The notes: generated by a model from the letters alone, not told the origin. Shown: positions 18,025 through 29,059, counted from the stretch's first letter. The stretch: 64,000 nucleotides of DNA from an uncultured Candidatus Saccharibacteria bacterium (GCA_964574655.1 CAZNOH010000001.1:201852-265851); one strand, 5' to 3'. Numbers and translations: made by a program.

Positions 18025-18957
18025 ATGATTTTCGAAGCAATCATAGTTATTTTGGGCTTATGCGTTTTTGAAATAATATCCAGCGTTGATAATGCAATTG
18101 TTAATGCCCATGTTTTAAAAACAATGCCGGAAAAATTCCGGAAGATTTTTTTGTTTTGGGGAATATTAATTGCTGTTTTTTTAGTTAGAGGCATTTTGCC
18201 ATTTTTGATTGTCTGGCTGGCTAATACAGACTTGGGACTTGTGGAAGTGATTAAATTTTCTTTTTCCAATGATCCGGCAATCAAGGATGCTTTAGAGGAA
18301 AGCAAGCCTTTATTATTATCAGGTGGCGGGATTTATCTTTTATTTGTAGCTTTGTCATGGCTATTTTTGGAAAAAAAGAAATATGCGTTTTTAGTTGAAC
18401 ATATTATTTTCCATCAAGGAGTTTGGTTCTATGCAATTGCATCTGTGTTTTTTACAGTGATGATTGGATTGTCAGTAAGTATGGGAAATCCGGCGATGGC
18501 TTTGTCAACTTCAATTGGCGCTACCGCTTTTTTTATTACTGACGGATTAAAAAAGAATGCTGAAGAAAAAGGAAAACAGTTATTAAAATCAAGCGACATG
18601 GGTGCTTGGAGCAAGATTATGTATTTGGAAGTGTTAGATGCGTCTTTTTCAATTGATGGCGTGATTGGCGCGTTTGCTTTTACGATTTATGTTCCTTTGA
18701 TTTTGATTGGTAATGGTTTGGGAGCTTTTGTAGTTAGAGAGATTACAATACGAGGAATTAATTTAATTTCAAAATTTGCATATTTGAAAAATGGCGCGAT
18801 GTATTCAATTGGAGTACTAGGCGCTGTTATGATTTTAGAGTCTTTTGGCAAAGAATTTCCTTTTTGGTTTGCTCCATTGGCGACAGTTTCTCTTTTAGCA
18901 TTCTTTTTGTATCTTTCTTATAGAGAAGGCAAAAAACAAAAACTCATTAAAGTTTAG
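18025..18957 (+). CDS. DUF475 / TerC-like membrane protein
   Basis: EIISSVDNAIVNA, YLEVLDASFSIDGVIGAFA and YLKNGAMYSIG. Confidence 0.85.
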   Translation: MIFEAIIVILGLCVFEIISSVDNAIVNAHVLKTMPEKFRKIFLFWGILIAVFLVRGILPFLIVWLANTDLGLVEVIKFSFSNDPAIKDALEESKPLLLSGGGIYLLFVALSWLFLEKKKYAFLVEHIIFHQGVWFYAIASVFFTVMIGLSVSMGNPAMALSTSIGATAFFITDGLKKNAEEKGKQLLKSSDMGAWSKIMYLEVLDASFSIDGVIGAFAFTIYVPLILIGNGLGAFVVREITIRGINLISKFAYLKNGAMYSIGVLGAVMILESFGKEFPFWFAPLATVSLLAFFLYLSYREGKKQKLIKV

Positions 18958-18975
18958 CAAGAATAATTATTAAAT

Positions 18976-19005
18976 AAAAAACGGATTCTGAAAAGATCCG
19001 TTTTT
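18976..19005. terminator. Bidirectional terminator between convergent genes
   Basis: aaaaaacggat...atccgttttt. Confidence 0.8.
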
Positions 19006-19016
19006 ATTTTTAAAGT

Positions 19017-19853
19017 TTATTTGGCTGGCTTGTTTGGCGGAATTAATTTTGTTTTTTCTTTAGGAATGAAAAATGAAATAAAAAAAGCAATCACGCTAAT
19101 ACTTAACAGCAAAATAGCTTCGATTAAATAAGGTTTGATGAAAACAATTTTCAGATTATTTAAAACATCTAAAGCAATTTGGGCGATATTTTGCGAGCCC
19201 AGAAAAATATATTTTGATGGATCTAAAAAATAGGCAATTAGATAAAAAATTAGATATGTTAATCCTAAGCTAAAAATTAAATAGGCTGGTAATCTAAATT
19301 TTCCGCGATTATTTTGTTTAAAAAGAATTATTAATAATAAATATAATAATGAAAGTCCGAAGAATGTAAAAGTAAGAATTGGCAAAATAGTAATAAACGG
19401 CTGGAATATTAAAATAGTTCCAGGAATAGTAATCGAATAGTTTTGAGGGATTGTTCCTTGTGGCAGAAAATCAATTGGAATATTATATTGGCCTAAAAAA
19501 TCTTTTTGAAAACCAGATAGATCAATGACAATTGTTTTTTTGCCATTTCTTAAAACATCAATAAAAAAGAAATCAATTGTTGGTTCAACGGTTTTTTGGA
19601 TAGTTTCTTTTGAAACTTTAATTTCGACAATTTGTGTTATATCTAAATTTTTCTCTTTTGAAAAACTGGATAATAGCTGATTAATATTAATTTTTGATAA
19701 GCGTTCATGAGCATTAGCATCAGTTAGAGCTTTCTTATAAACATCTGGCGAAAGCATGGTATGAGTAATGTTGAGAAATAAAAAAGCCAAACCTAAAGTT
19801 GGCAAAAAAAGCATTGAAGCAACGACGAGTAAAAATCTTTTCATAGATAACAC
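19017..19853 (-). CDS. Hypothetical membrane protein
   Basis: 278 aa with about 4 hydrophobic segments. Confidence 0.7.
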   Translation of the reverse strand: MLSMKRFLLVVASMLFLPTLGLAFLFLNITHTMLSPDVYKKALTDANAHERLSKININQLLSSFSKEKNLDITQIVEIKVSKETIQKTVEPTIDFFFIDVLRNGKKTIVIDLSGFQKDFLGQYNIPIDFLPQGTIPQNYSITIPGTILIFQPFITILPILTFTFFGLSLLYLLLIILFKQNNRGKFRLPAYLIFSLGLTYLIFYLIAYFLDPSKYIFLGSQNIAQIALDVLNNLKIVFIKPYLIEAILLLSISVIAFFISFFIPKEKTKLIPPNKPAK

Positions 19854-20066
19854 GCTAATTTTTTCTAATGATACTAATAAACACTAATATTATACATTAA
19901 AATAATGTATAATTAAAATATGAAAAACTATGCTTCAAGTAAAACCCATCATGGAAAGGTAGTTTATAGAACATCGCATAGATTGAGAGTTTTGCTGTCG
20001 GAAAAATTAAAACTGGAAAAAGATTATAAAAAAATAAAAAATTAAAAAAAATAATCAATAATTGTT

Positions 20067-20339
20067 ATGGCAAAAAAAATTTTTACAGTTGAAGAAACCA
20101 AACAAATAGGTGAACAATTGGGAATTGATTGGACAAAATTTGATGTTGATCAATTTCAAAGAGGCTTGGATGTTGAATTAGAACATGGAAAAATTGATAT
20201 ACATACTAATGTTACCAATGACGATCCTGTTATGACTGGAAAAATAGCTTTGGCGCATTTAAATGAATTTCCTGATTATTATGATAGATTGGAAAGAATG
20301 GAAAAAGAAGGTGATGCTTTTTGGGAAGGAAAAAGCTAA
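20067..20339 (+). CDS. DUF5661-like protein
   Basis: GLDVELEHG...KIALAHLNEFPDYYDRL. Confidence 0.7.
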   Translation: MAKKIFTVEETKQIGEQLGIDWTKFDVDQFQRGLDVELEHGKIDIHTNVTNDDPVMTGKIALAHLNEFPDYYDRLERMEKEGDAFWEGKS

Positions 20340-20408
20340 ATTGTTAGATTATTGATTTTTTAATAAAGATGTGCTAGCTTATCAGGTTGATAAATTAGTA
20401 TATTTAAG

Positions 20409-20675
20409 ATGATAAAAATGAGTTTAAGCAAAATTAAAGAGCACAGCATAGAATTAAGAGATGAGGCTTTGAAAAAAGTGAGCGGATATATTGTTGCTGC
20501 TTTTGGTTTGATAATTGGTTTGGCTTGGAATGATGCGATAAAATCTTTAATAGATTATATTTTTCCGCAACGAGATAATGTTTGGGCAAAGTTTATTTAT
20601 GCGGGTGCTTTGACTATTATAATGGTACTTGGCGCGGTATTTTTGGTAAGGTTGTTTAGAAAAGATAAAAAATAA
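20409..20675 (+). CDS. DUF5654-like small membrane protein
   Basis: AAFGLIIGLAWNDAIK...FIYA. Confidence 0.7.
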   Translation: MIKMSLSKIKEHSIELRDEALKKVSGYIVAAFGLIIGLAWNDAIKSLIDYIFPQRDNVWAKFIYAGALTIIMVLGAVFLVRLFRKDKK

Positions 20676-20707
20676 ATGTTATATTGTCAAATTGCTAAAT
20701 TGTTAAT

Positions 20708-20740
20708 AAAAAAACGGGACTGAATAATGTCTCGTTTTTT
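20708..20740. terminator. Bidirectional terminator
   Basis: aaaaaaacgggac...gtctcgtttttt. Confidence 0.75.
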
Positions 20741-20764
20741 ATTTTTGATCTTTATGTTTTTATG

Positions 20765-22720
20765 CTATGGGGCGATTCTAGTTCGTTGATTATTTTGATC
20801 TGGCATTGGCCAAGGCATGTTGTTGGTTGGAAAATTTAATTCCCAGGCATTAATTTTATTGCCAATATTTGAAATGATATCAATTCGATTATTGTTATCT
20901 AGATCAGTCAAAATCGCAGTTGGAAAATAACCAAATTGGCTAGGATCATCGCCATTAACATCAATTTTTTGGAAGGCTAATTCAGCTGTATCTATTATAT
21001 ATAGAGAATTATCTATCCCTAAGACAATTTCTAAGTTGTTATCAGCATTTAAATTAGCTAGCAAAGGTTCGCTAAATTTTAATCCAGGCATGTGTGCAGT
21101 TAGGAAAGTGGAGCCGTCGGAATTTATTATTTTCAAGGTAGCAAAATTTTCATTGTTGTTTCTATAAACTAGAACTAATTCTTTGTTTTGATCTTGATTA
21201 ATGTCAGCGCTGGAAATTTTTATAGGACTATCTGAAGCTGGATTGGATGTGATTTGTTTTGGAAATCCTGATAATGAGCTGCCATTATTGCGAATTGCGT
21301 TAAGATAAAGACCATTTTGAGAGTGTTGTCCAAGAACAATTATCTCTTTTGTTCCATCATTATTTAGATCAGATAGTGTCAGTGAATTATCTTTTGAAAC
21401 AATGTTTTTAAGATTAGGTAACGATAATCCATTCGGAAGGTTTGCGATGTTATTGTTGTTTTTGTCAAAAATTTGTAGGAATGGAGGACCAGCAGTAAAG
21501 TCTAGAGTAATAATTTTTGGATTAATATTGCTAGAATTGTCGACTAAAATTGTTGTGCCTTTTTTGCGAGAGTCTAGAAGTTGATTTCCTTGATTATTAA
21601 GAATGTAGCTAGTGTTATTATTGCCAAAAATAACATTCGTGTTTTGATTATTCTCAAAATTAGCTATAACGATGTTGCTGTTGCTTCCTTCAAAAACTTT
21701 AGGCCAATTTGGAATATTTTCGGCATTTTGATTCAAGGAGTAAAAATAATTATTTCTGAATTGGAATAGAATAACATTGTTTAGTGTAGAGGTGATTATT
21801 TCGTTGTTAAAACCAACAGAAATTGGTTGTGCCCAGATTTCAGGTTCTTGAATTTTTCTGGAAAAAGGATTGGTAGGCACTTGGACTGTAGCGTGAGGTA
21901 TAGAGATTCCGTTATTTTTTGGTCCACAGTAGTTGCAGGCAGAAAAATCTAGTGGCCATTTTTGGTTAAAGTTGGTGTTGTTGGAATTGAGGCAATTTAA
22001 TCTTAAAGTTAACTTGCCTTCAAAAAGACTTTGGCTCAAAATTTCTTTGTTTTCTTGATTATCGATATTGGCAGCAATAATAGTATTCAATCTTTCTGAT
22101 TCATGACTTTTTTCTTTTGGCCAGCCTGGTTTGTTGACTAAATTGATGTTAGCTAAATTGTTATCTAATTCAGCAATCGGCTCTGCTGGCTGTTGATTTT
22201 CGATATCTTCAAATTCGTCATCAATTGGATCATCAATTGATACATTGCCATTAGCTGATTCGTTTTGATTCAAGCTAGCATTTTCACCAGGTGTATTGGT
22301 ATTGGCATTAGTATTTGGTTCGTTAGTTGGCTGATTAGTATTTTGATTAGTATTGTTATCGTTGTTGGTTTGATTCGGACAATATAATTTGATTGTTTTA
22401 TCATAATAAGATTTGCAGGCTTTTTTCTTTATTATTTTGTATGATTTATAGCATTTCTTGCTTTTCTTTAATTTTTTTATTGCTAGTTTTTGTATTGATT
22501 TATTTTTTGAGCAAAATGAAACAACTGTATATTTTTTGTATGAACTTTGGCATTCGTTAGATCTGATAATTTTAAAGGCATTTTTGCATTTAGATTTAGG
22601 ATAATTTTTATTATAAAAAATTCCGGCAGCTAAACTTAGGCCGGAAATTATAAATGCTATTAAGGCGATAGAAATTATTGTTTTTGTTTTTTGTTTGATT
22701 TTTATTTTTGTTTTAGCCAT
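20765..22720 (-). CDS. Secreted/surface protein with FG-GAP/VCBS-like repeats, N/T/Q-rich linker and Lys/Cys-rich N-domain
   Basis: DLNNDGTKEII, ADINQDQNKELV, DLDNNNRIDII; GWP/GFP motifs; N-terminal TM. Confidence 0.75.
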   Translation of the reverse strand: MAKTKIKIKQKTKTIISIALIAFIISGLSLAAGIFYNKNYPKSKCKNAFKIIRSNECQSSYKKYTVVSFCSKNKSIQKLAIKKLKKSKKCYKSYKIIKKKACKSYYDKTIKLYCPNQTNNDNNTNQNTNQPTNEPNTNANTNTPGENASLNQNESANGNVSIDDPIDDEFEDIENQQPAEPIAELDNNLANINLVNKPGWPKEKSHESERLNTIIAANIDNQENKEILSQSLFEGKLTLRLNCLNSNNTNFNQKWPLDFSACNYCGPKNNGISIPHATVQVPTNPFSRKIQEPEIWAQPISVGFNNEIITSTLNNVILFQFRNNYFYSLNQNAENIPNWPKVFEGSNSNIVIANFENNQNTNVIFGNNNTSYILNNQGNQLLDSRKKGTTILVDNSSNINPKIITLDFTAGPPFLQIFDKNNNNIANLPNGLSLPNLKNIVSKDNSLTLSDLNNDGTKEIIVLGQHSQNGLYLNAIRNNGSSLSGFPKQITSNPASDSPIKISSADINQDQNKELVLVYRNNNENFATLKIINSDGSTFLTAHMPGLKFSEPLLANLNADNNLEIVLGIDNSLYIIDTAELAFQKIDVNGDDPSQFGYFPTAILTDLDNNNRIDIISNIGNKINAWELNFPTNNMPWPMPDQNNQRTRIAP

Positions 22721-22732
22721 ATCGTTATTATG

Positions 22733-22906
22733 TTATTTTGTTCTGTATATTGTTTTGATGCATTTTGTGCAGGCTTTTATTCTTTCACCTTTATATTCAA
22801 TTTTTTGCAAATTTAAATATTGCCTTCTTTTGTTGGCGATGTTAGAATGAGAACGTGATACTGCTTTTTTTGATCCGCGTTTGCAGATTTCGCAACGTTT
22901 TGCCAT
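22733..22906 (-). CDS. rpmB: 50S ribosomal protein L28 (57 aa, not in the ORF track)
   Basis: Hand translation MAKRCEICKRGSKKAVSRSHSNIANKRRQYLNLQ...KACTKCIKT. Confidence 0.93.
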   Translation of the reverse strand: MAKRCEICKRGSKKAVSRSHSNIANKRRQYLNLQKIEYKGERIKACTKCIKTIYRTK

Positions 22907-22985
22907 ATGGTTTGAATAATTAAAGTTTAATTTGTATTTGTAATAATAACAGAGTATTATTGTTTTGACAAGCGAATTTTATATC

Positions 22986-23012
22986 TAGGGGCTTAAAATT
23001 TTAAGCCCCTAC
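22986..23012. repeat. TAGGGGC...GCCCCTAC REP-like palindrome
   Basis: taggggcttaaaattttaagcccctac; relatives at 30263, 44809 and 46450. Confidence 0.75.
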
Positions 23013-23031
23013 AAAATTAATTATTATTTTT

Positions 23032-23658
23032 ATGATAATTTCATTACTTTTAACAAATCCGATAATGTTTTTTGCTTGGGCAGTGTCAATGGTTTTTGCT
23101 ATCACTATTCATGAATTTTCTCACGCATTGGCTGGGACTTTGCTTGGCGATCCAACTGCAAAAAATCAAGGTAGACTGACTTTGAATCCTTTGTCGCATT
23201 TAGATATTTGGGGGACATTGCTTATGCTTTTTGTTGGTTTTGGCTGGGGAAAACCAGTGCCTTTTAATCCTTATAATTTGAAGAATCAAAGAATCGGGCC
23301 GGCAATCGTGGCATTGGCTGGACCTTTTTCTAATTTAGTTATGGTTTTTGTGTTTGCATTGCTTTTGAAATTTGCTTATCCTTTGACTGGATTAGGCGAG
23401 GGAAATGCTCTGTATGATTTTTTATATACATTCATTTTAATCAATGCCTTGCTTTTGTCTTTTAATGTTATACCAGTCCCGCCTTTAGATGGGTCAAGGT
23501 TGTTGTTTGCGTTACTTCCTCCTTCAGCTGAAAATATAAAAATGTTTTTAGATAAATATGGCTTTTTTGTTCTTATTGGATTGTTGTTGTTTGCTGGGAG
23601 TTTGTTTTCTAGATATTTTTATTGGATAATTGGATTTGTAGATAGGTTTTTGGCTTGA
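23032..23658 (+). CDS. Site-2 protease family (M50) zinc metalloprotease
   Basis: HEFSH, AGPFSN and NVIPVPPLDG. Confidence 0.93.
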   Translation: MIISLLLTNPIMFFAWAVSMVFAITIHEFSHALAGTLLGDPTAKNQGRLTLNPLSHLDIWGTLLMLFVGFGWGKPVPFNPYNLKNQRIGPAIVALAGPFSNLVMVFVFALLLKFAYPLTGLGEGNALYDFLYTFILINALLLSFNVIPVPPLDGSRLLFALLPPSAENIKMFLDKYGFFVLIGLLLFAGSLFSRYFYWIIGFVDRFLA

Positions 23659-23661
23659 ACG

Positions 23662-23782
23662 AATTTATAATTTCTAATTTTTATTAAATTTTTAATTTCT
23701 AATTTCTAATGAACGGAACGAACGGTTTAGAAATTTAAGCATTAGAAATTTAATAGAAATTAGAAATTGAAAATTAGAAATT
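23662..23782. repeat. Long inverted repeat of AATTTCT/AGAAATT heptamers
   Basis: Arms of about 50 nt around a CG-containing loop tgaacggaacgaacgg. Confidence 0.8.
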
Positions 23783-23946
23783 CAGAGAACTGTTGACAAT
23801 CAAATTATTATTTGATAATATCTGTTTATCATCAACCTTCATTCTATATTATATATAGAATGTGTTTGTAATAAGAGCTTGTTTAAAATTTATATTTAAC
23901 AAGATTGTATCTTGATATCACGGTTGACAAGTAAAAAATATTCATT

Positions 23947-24399
23947 ATGCCGACAATAAATCAATTAGTTAAACGAAGGAGAAAATCTGGAAAAATAAAA
24001 TCTAAAGCACCTGCATTGCAGAGGGATTTTAATAAAATTAAAAAAGAATATGTAGTTCTAGAAACTGGCAATCCTTTTAAAAGAGGTGTTTGTACTAAAG
24101 TTACAACAACTACTCCAAAGAAACCAAACTCTGCTTTGAGAAAAATTGCTAGAGTTAGATTGACAAATGGCATGGAAGTTACTGCCTACATTCCTGGTGA
24201 AGGACATAATTTGCAAGAACACTCAATTGTTATAGTTCGCGGTGGCAGAGTAAAAGATTTGCCTGGTGTTAAATATCACATTGTTCGCGGAGTTTTAGAT
24301 ACAGCTGGCGTTGAAGGCAGAATGCAACAAAGAAGCAAGTATGGTGCAAAGAAAAGTGCTGGTGGAAAAAAGACAAAGGCTGTTGCTAAAGCAAAATAA
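23947..24399 (+). CDS. rpsL: 30S ribosomal protein S12
   Basis: [10 protein letters not shown] and RVKDLPGV. Confidence 0.98.
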   Translation: MPTINQLVKRRRKSGKIKSKAPALQRDFNKIKKEYVVLETGNPFKRGVCTKVTTTTPKKPNSALRKIARVRLTNGMEVTAYIPGEGHNLQEHSIVIVRGGRVKDLPGVKYHIVRGVLDTAGVEGRMQQRSKYGAKKSAGGKKTKAVAKAK

Positions 24400-24425
24400 T
24401 TAGAAATAATAATAAGTAATTTGAT

Positions 24426-24896
24426 ATGGCAAGAAGAAAAAGACAATATAAAAGAGAATTAAAACCAGATCCAAAATATGGTAATTTAGTTGTATCTAAA
24501 TTTATCAACAGTATCATGAAAAGAGGTAAAAAGGGTGCAGCTAGAAAAATAGTCTATAATGCAATGAGCTTAATATTCACTAGATCAAAAAAAGATCCAG
24601 TAGAAATTTTTGATTTAGCTTTAAAAAATGTTGCTCCTGATTTGGAAATAAAGGGCAGAAGAATCGGCGGCGCTAATTATCAGATTCCTTATGAAGTAAG
24701 AGGCGATCGCAAGCAAACTTTAGCTTTTAGATGGATTCTTGATGCTGCAAGAAGTAAAAAAGGTCAGCCAATGTCAGTTAGATTGGCTACTGAAATAATG
24801 GATGCTTCAAAAAGTCAGGGATTGGCTGTTAGAAAGAAAGAAGATTCCCACAGAATGGCAAGAGCAAATAAAGCTTTTGCGCATTTTGCACGATAA
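24426..24896 (+). CDS. rpsG: 30S ribosomal protein S7
   Basis: RRIGGANYQIP and HRMARANKAFAHF. Confidence 0.98.
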   Translation: MARRKRQYKRELKPDPKYGNLVVSKFINSIMKRGKKGAARKIVYNAMSLIFTRSKKDPVEIFDLALKNVAPDLEIKGRRIGGANYQIPYEVRGDRKQTLAFRWILDAARSKKGQPMSVRLATEIMDASKSQGLAVRKKEDSHRMARANKAFAHFAR

Positions 24897-24995
24897 GATG
24901 CTAATTTACAAATCTCATGCCAATCTACTAATTGCTAATATTAATCTAACGATTTGCAATTTGTAGATTGGCATTTTTATTTGTAGATTGGCATC
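24897..24995. repeat. Intergenic inverted repeat (GCYAAT/TACAAAT units)
   Basis: gatgctaatttacaaat..atgccaatctac / gtagattggcat..atttgtagattggcatc. Confidence 0.75.
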
Positions 24996-25176
24996 ATGTT
25001 TTATCCTGTGCATTAATAATCTTGCATGATTTTTGTAAGATGTTATATTACAAATAACAAGACAATTTTTGTTTGGTCGACTTGTCAAAAAGATTGTTAA
25101 AAATTTTAATTCGCCTTTGCTTATGCTTTGGCGGATAATAAAAAACAAAATAATAAATAATAATTAATAAATTTTT

Positions 25177-25611
25177 ATGAAAAAAGTTTTTGCATTATTG
25201 GTAATGTTGACTCTTTTATTAAGTTTCAATGTTGCTTTAGCGCAGACTGATTTAAATGAATTGGATTTTAATTACACGACTACAACAACATTAAATGAAG
25301 CTGATGCTGAAGCGTTAGCTGGGTTGGGAGTAGGAATGGGCGTTTTTGGAATCGTAATTGCGATTATTGCTGGTTTGATTGGTTTGTTTTTCTTGATTTT
25401 CTGGATAATGATGTTAGTTGATTGTATCAAAAGAGAATTTCCAAACAGAGGTGTTTGGTTGGCTGTATTGATCATTACATTCTTTATTGGATGGTCTTGG
25501 TTAGCATGTATTTTGTATTATTTCATGGTCAAGAAAAAGAATGTTGGAACAATGAAAGGCGGATCGCAAACTCCTCAAGCTCCATCTGCTCCAGAGGCAC
25601 CGAAACAATAA
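25177..25611 (+). CDS. Membrane protein with PLDc_N-like domain
   Basis: Signal peptide, FWIMMLVDCIKREF...WL...ILYYF and a Pro-rich tail. Confidence 0.7.
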   Translation: MKKVFALLVMLTLLLSFNVALAQTDLNELDFNYTTTTTLNEADAEALAGLGVGMGVFGIVIAIIAGLIGLFFLIFWIMMLVDCIKREFPNRGVWLAVLIITFFIGWSWLACILYYFMVKKKNVGTMKGGSQTPQAPSAPEAPKQ

Positions 25612-25632
25612 GATTTTAGAAAAGTTAGATAT

Positions 25633-25663
25633 AAAAAGCCCTTGTGATGAACGGGGGCTTTTT
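25633..25663 (+). terminator. Intrinsic terminator
   Basis: aaaaagccct...ggggcttttt. Confidence 0.75.
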
Positions 25664-25668
25664 AGTTA

Positions 25669-25702
25669 TAAAGTTCATAAAGTTTTTAAAGTTATAAAGT
25701 CG
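25669..25702 (+). repeat. TAAAGT tandem array
   Basis: taaagttcataaagtttttaaagttataaagtcg; also at 31486 and 57050. Confidence 0.75.
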
Positions 25703-25798
25703 TTGACGTCATAAATTTTACGTATTTTACAAATTTAACACAGAGACACAAATAAAAAACTCACATAAGTGAGTGAAATTAAAGTGCAAATTGTTGAA

Positions 25799-26008
25799 TT
25801 AGATTGGATGATGTGTGGTGTCGACTTTCATTGCTTTTCTTTCGAAGACGCCGGCATCGTATTTTGGTTTGCAGGATGGACATTCGAGGATGTGATGGAG
25901 ATATGCTGTGAATTGATTGCGAGGCGGTGGTGATAGACGGCCGAAGTTGAAAGCAAATTCTAAAATGTACGGCCGTACTTCTTGACAAGTTGGTTGTGGT
26001 TTGGGCAT
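25799..26008 (-). CDS. Small zf-HC2 (anti-sigma-type zinc finger)-like protein
   Basis: CQEV...HILECPSC; strong SD ggagaggagg on the minus strand. Confidence 0.55.
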   Translation of the reverse strand: MPKPQPTCQEVRPYILEFAFNFGRLSPPPRNQFTAYLHHILECPSCKPKYDAGVFERKAMKVDTTHHPI

Positions 26009-26213
26009 CGGATCTTCCTCCTCTCCTTGTCGGTCTGACTGATTCTGATGTTATGCTTTTTTTATTGATAAGTCAAGATTAATTGGTCTTGCAAGATTTT
26101 TATTTTGTATTATAATCAATATGTAAAAAACTAGAAATATAAAAATATAAAAATAGACGGAGAGTCTTGATTATATTTTTAGGTTTTTATTTTTTTATAT
26201 TTTTAACACAATT

Positions 26214-28322
26214 ATGCCACGAGAATACTCACTTGAAAAAACAAGAAATATCGGAATCATTGCTCATATAGATGCAGGAAAAACAACTGTTACTGAGCGT
26301 GTTTTGTTTTTTACTGGAATCTCACATAAGATTGGCGAGGTTCATGAAGGTGCTGCAATTATGGATTGGATGGAGCAAGAACAAGAAAGAGGTATCACGA
26401 TTACTGCTGCAGCAACAACTTGTTTTTGGTCTCCGATCTGGAAGAAAGAACCTGACAAACATCGGATTAATATTATTGATACTCCTGGACATGTTGATTT
26501 TACCGTAGAAGTTGAGCGATCATTGCGTGTTTTGGATGGTGCAGTTGTTGTTTTTGATGGCAAGATGGGTGTTGAGCCTCAATCAGAAACAGTTTGGCAT
26601 CAAGCTGACAAGTATCACGTGCCAAGAATTTGCTTTTTAAACAAAATCAATTTAGTTGGCGGAGATTTTTATAAAAGCTTAGATTCAATTCATGACAGAT
26701 TATCTAAAAATGCGCATTCAGTAATGTTGCCAATTGGTTCTGGAGAAGATATCAAAGGAGCTGTTGATCTTGTACTCATGAAAGCATATTATAATGTTGA
26801 AGAAGATGGATTAAAATTATCTGAACCATCAGAAATTCCTGCTGACATGAAAGAGAGCGCAGAAAAATATCGAGCAGAATTAATTGAAAAAATTGTTGAA
26901 TTTGATGATAAGTTGATGGGAAAATATTTGGAAGGCCAGGAATTGACCGAAGAAGAAGTAAGACTAGCTTTAAGAAAAGCAACATTGACTGGAAAGTTTT
27001 TTCCAGTTTTGGGTGGTGATGGCAGAAAGGCTATTATCAAAAAAGTTTTGGATTATGTAGTCGATTGTTTGCCTAGTCCTTTAGATGTGCCACCAATAAT
27101 TGCTTTTGATCCAGAAGATGAAACTAAAAAAATAGAAAGGAAAGTTTCTGATACAGAGCCATTTACAGCTTTGGCTTTCAAAGTTGCAACTGATCCTTTT
27201 GTAGGAAAATTAATTTATTTTAGAGTTTACGCCGGGACATTAATTGCTGGCTCTTATATTCTAAATTCTTCATCTGATAAAAAGGAGAGAGTCGGTAGAA
27301 TCGTTCGTATGCATGCTAACAAGAGAGAAGAAGTTGACGAGGTTTATGCCGGAGACATTGCTGCAATCGTTGGTTTGAAAGGCACGACTACTGGTGATAC
27401 TTTGTGTGATGTGAATAATCCAATCTTTTTGGAAAAAATTACATTTCCAGAGCCAGTTATTTCTATTGCAATTGAGCCAAAAACAAAAGCTGATCAAGAA
27501 AAAATGTCACTTGCTTTACGTGCTTTGGCGGAAGAAGATCCGACTTTTAAAGTTCATACTGATGAAGAAACAACTCAGACAATTATTTCAGGCATGGGTG
27601 AATTGCATTTAGATGTTTTGGTTGATAGAATGAAAAGGGAATTTAAAGTTGAAGCAAATATTGGTAATCCTCAAGTTGCTTATAGAGAGACAATTACTGC
27701 AACTTCTGAAGCTGAGGGAAAATATATTAGACAATCTGGCGGTCATGGACAATACGGACATGTTTGGCTTAGACTTGAACCAAATGAAAAAAATAAAGGT
27801 TTTGAATTTATCAATGAAATTAAGGGCGGTACGATTCCTCACGAATTTATTCCAGCTGTAGAAAAAGGCGCAAAAGAAGCTTTGACAGAGGGTGTTATTG
27901 CTGGATATCCAGTTATTGATCTTAAAGCAACTTTGTATGATGGATCTTTCCATGATGTTGATTCTTCAGAAGCTGCATTTAAAATAGCTGCATCAATGGC
28001 TTTGAAGGAAGGTGAAAGAAGAGCAAAGCCAGTATTACTTGAACCAATAATGAAAGTTGAGGCAATGATTGCAGCAGAATATATGGGTGATGTTGTCGGT
28101 GATTTGAATTCAAAAAGAGCACAGATTCAAAAAATGGAAGATCGAGAAAATTTGAAAATCATATCTGCAATGGTCCCATTGGCATCAATGTTTGGCTATG
28201 CAACAACAATAAGATCTATTACTTCAGGACGTGGAAATTTTTCAATGGAATTTGATCATTATGAGCCAGTTCCGAAAAATGTAGAGCTGCAAATAGTTGA
28301 AGGGCGGGTTGGAAAAAAGTAA
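26214..28322 (+). CDS. fusA: Elongation factor G
   Basis: [30 protein letters not shown] and GSFHDVDSS; G4/G5 motifs divergent. Confidence 0.98.
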   Translation: MPREYSLEKTRNIGIIAHIDAGKTTVTERVLFFTGISHKIGEVHEGAAIMDWMEQEQERGITITAAATTCFWSPIWKKEPDKHRINIIDTPGHVDFTVEVERSLRVLDGAVVVFDGKMGVEPQSETVWHQADKYHVPRICFLNKINLVGGDFYKSLDSIHDRLSKNAHSVMLPIGSGEDIKGAVDLVLMKAYYNVEEDGLKLSEPSEIPADMKESAEKYRAELIEKIVEFDDKLMGKYLEGQELTEEEVRLALRKATLTGKFFPVLGGDGRKAIIKKVLDYVVDCLPSPLDVPPIIAFDPEDETKKIERKVSDTEPFTALAFKVATDPFVGKLIYFRVYAGTLIAGSYILNSSSDKKERVGRIVRMHANKREEVDEVYAGDIAAIVGLKGTTTGDTLCDVNNPIFLEKITFPEPVISIAIEPKTKADQEKMSLALRALAEEDPTFKVHTDEETTQTIISGMGELHLDVLVDRMKREFKVEANIGNPQVAYRETITATSEAEGKYIRQSGGHGQYGHVWLRLEPNEKNKGFEFINEIKGGTIPHEFIPAVEKGAKEALTEGVIAGYPVIDLKATLYDGSFHDVDSSEAAFKIAASMALKEGERRAKPVLLEPIMKVEAMIAAEYMGDVVGDLNSKRAQIQKMEDRENLKIISAMVPLASMFGYATTIRSITSGRGNFSMEFDHYEPVPKNVELQIVEGRVGKK

Positions 28323-28440
28323 AAAGTCAAAAGTAAAAAGGTAAAAGTTGCAAGTAAAAAGTAAAAAATTATTAAATAAAAATTTCTAAATTGTTAGCAA
28401 TCAAGTTTAACAATTTAACAATTGAGCAATTTAACAATTC
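28321..28440. repeat. AAAAGT array followed by ATTGTT/AACAAT array
   Basis: aaaaagtcaaaagtaaaaaggtaaaagttgcaagtaaaaagt (near-identical to 52321); ttaacaatttaacaattgagcaatttaacaatt. Confidence 0.75.
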
Positions 28441-28452
28441 AAAAATAAAATT

Positions 28453-28818
28453 ATGACAATCAATGTTTTAGATCCAGAAGAATTTCCAGCAATTTTGAGA
28501 TTATTGAAATCAACTGGCGGAAAATATATCATTGTTGAAAATGGAAAACCGTCTTTTGCAATGATGACAATCTCTGAGTATGAAAAATTGTTGAACAAAA
28601 AAGAAAAAACAGAAAAATGCTGTTCAGGAAAATTGTTGCTTGATAAAATTAATCATGATATTGCTGATTGGAAGATGAAACAAGATGAAGAAAATAAAAA
28701 ATATTTTGATTATGAATTGCCGAAAAAAAGCTATAAAAAAGATGTTTTGGTTGAAGAAGATTTGAGCTACTATTATGATGTTGAGGAAGAGCAAAAAGAT
28801 GAAAGATTTGATTTTTAA
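28453..28818 (+). CDS. Hypothetical protein with Phd/YefM-like N-terminus and acidic tail
   Basis: IIVENGKPSFAMMTISEYEKL. Confidence 0.6.
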   Translation: MTINVLDPEEFPAILRLLKSTGGKYIIVENGKPSFAMMTISEYEKLLNKKEKTEKCCSGKLLLDKINHDIADWKMKQDEENKKYFDYELPKKSYKKDVLVEEDLSYYYDVEEEQKDERFDF

Positions 28819-28822
28819 TCAT

Positions 28823-28862
28823 CGCAGAATGACGCAGAATCGTACGCAGAAAGTGCAGAATC
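28823..28862 (+). repeat. Four-unit CGCAGAA array (variant of the CGCTGAT family)
   Basis: cgcagaatgacgcagaatcgtacgcagaaagtgcagaatc. Confidence 0.75.
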
Positions 28863-29059
28863 TTTTTCGATTAGTTATTAACAAAAAGGTCTTGCCTTAT
28901 ATCATAAATGTTGTTATAATGCTTCTTACAAAATAGATTTTCGGAAAAAGTATTTTTTATTTTTGCATAATTTATTTAGGTTAGAAATATAGAGGATTTA
29001 GTATTTGACAATATAATTTTTTATGTATATACTTAAAATAATAATTAAATTCTAAAAAA

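Noticed and set aside
19920-20045. 41-codon ORF MKNYASSKTHHGK... as a leader peptide
   Set aside because: No terminator/antiterminator pair found and no recognisable family; left uncalled
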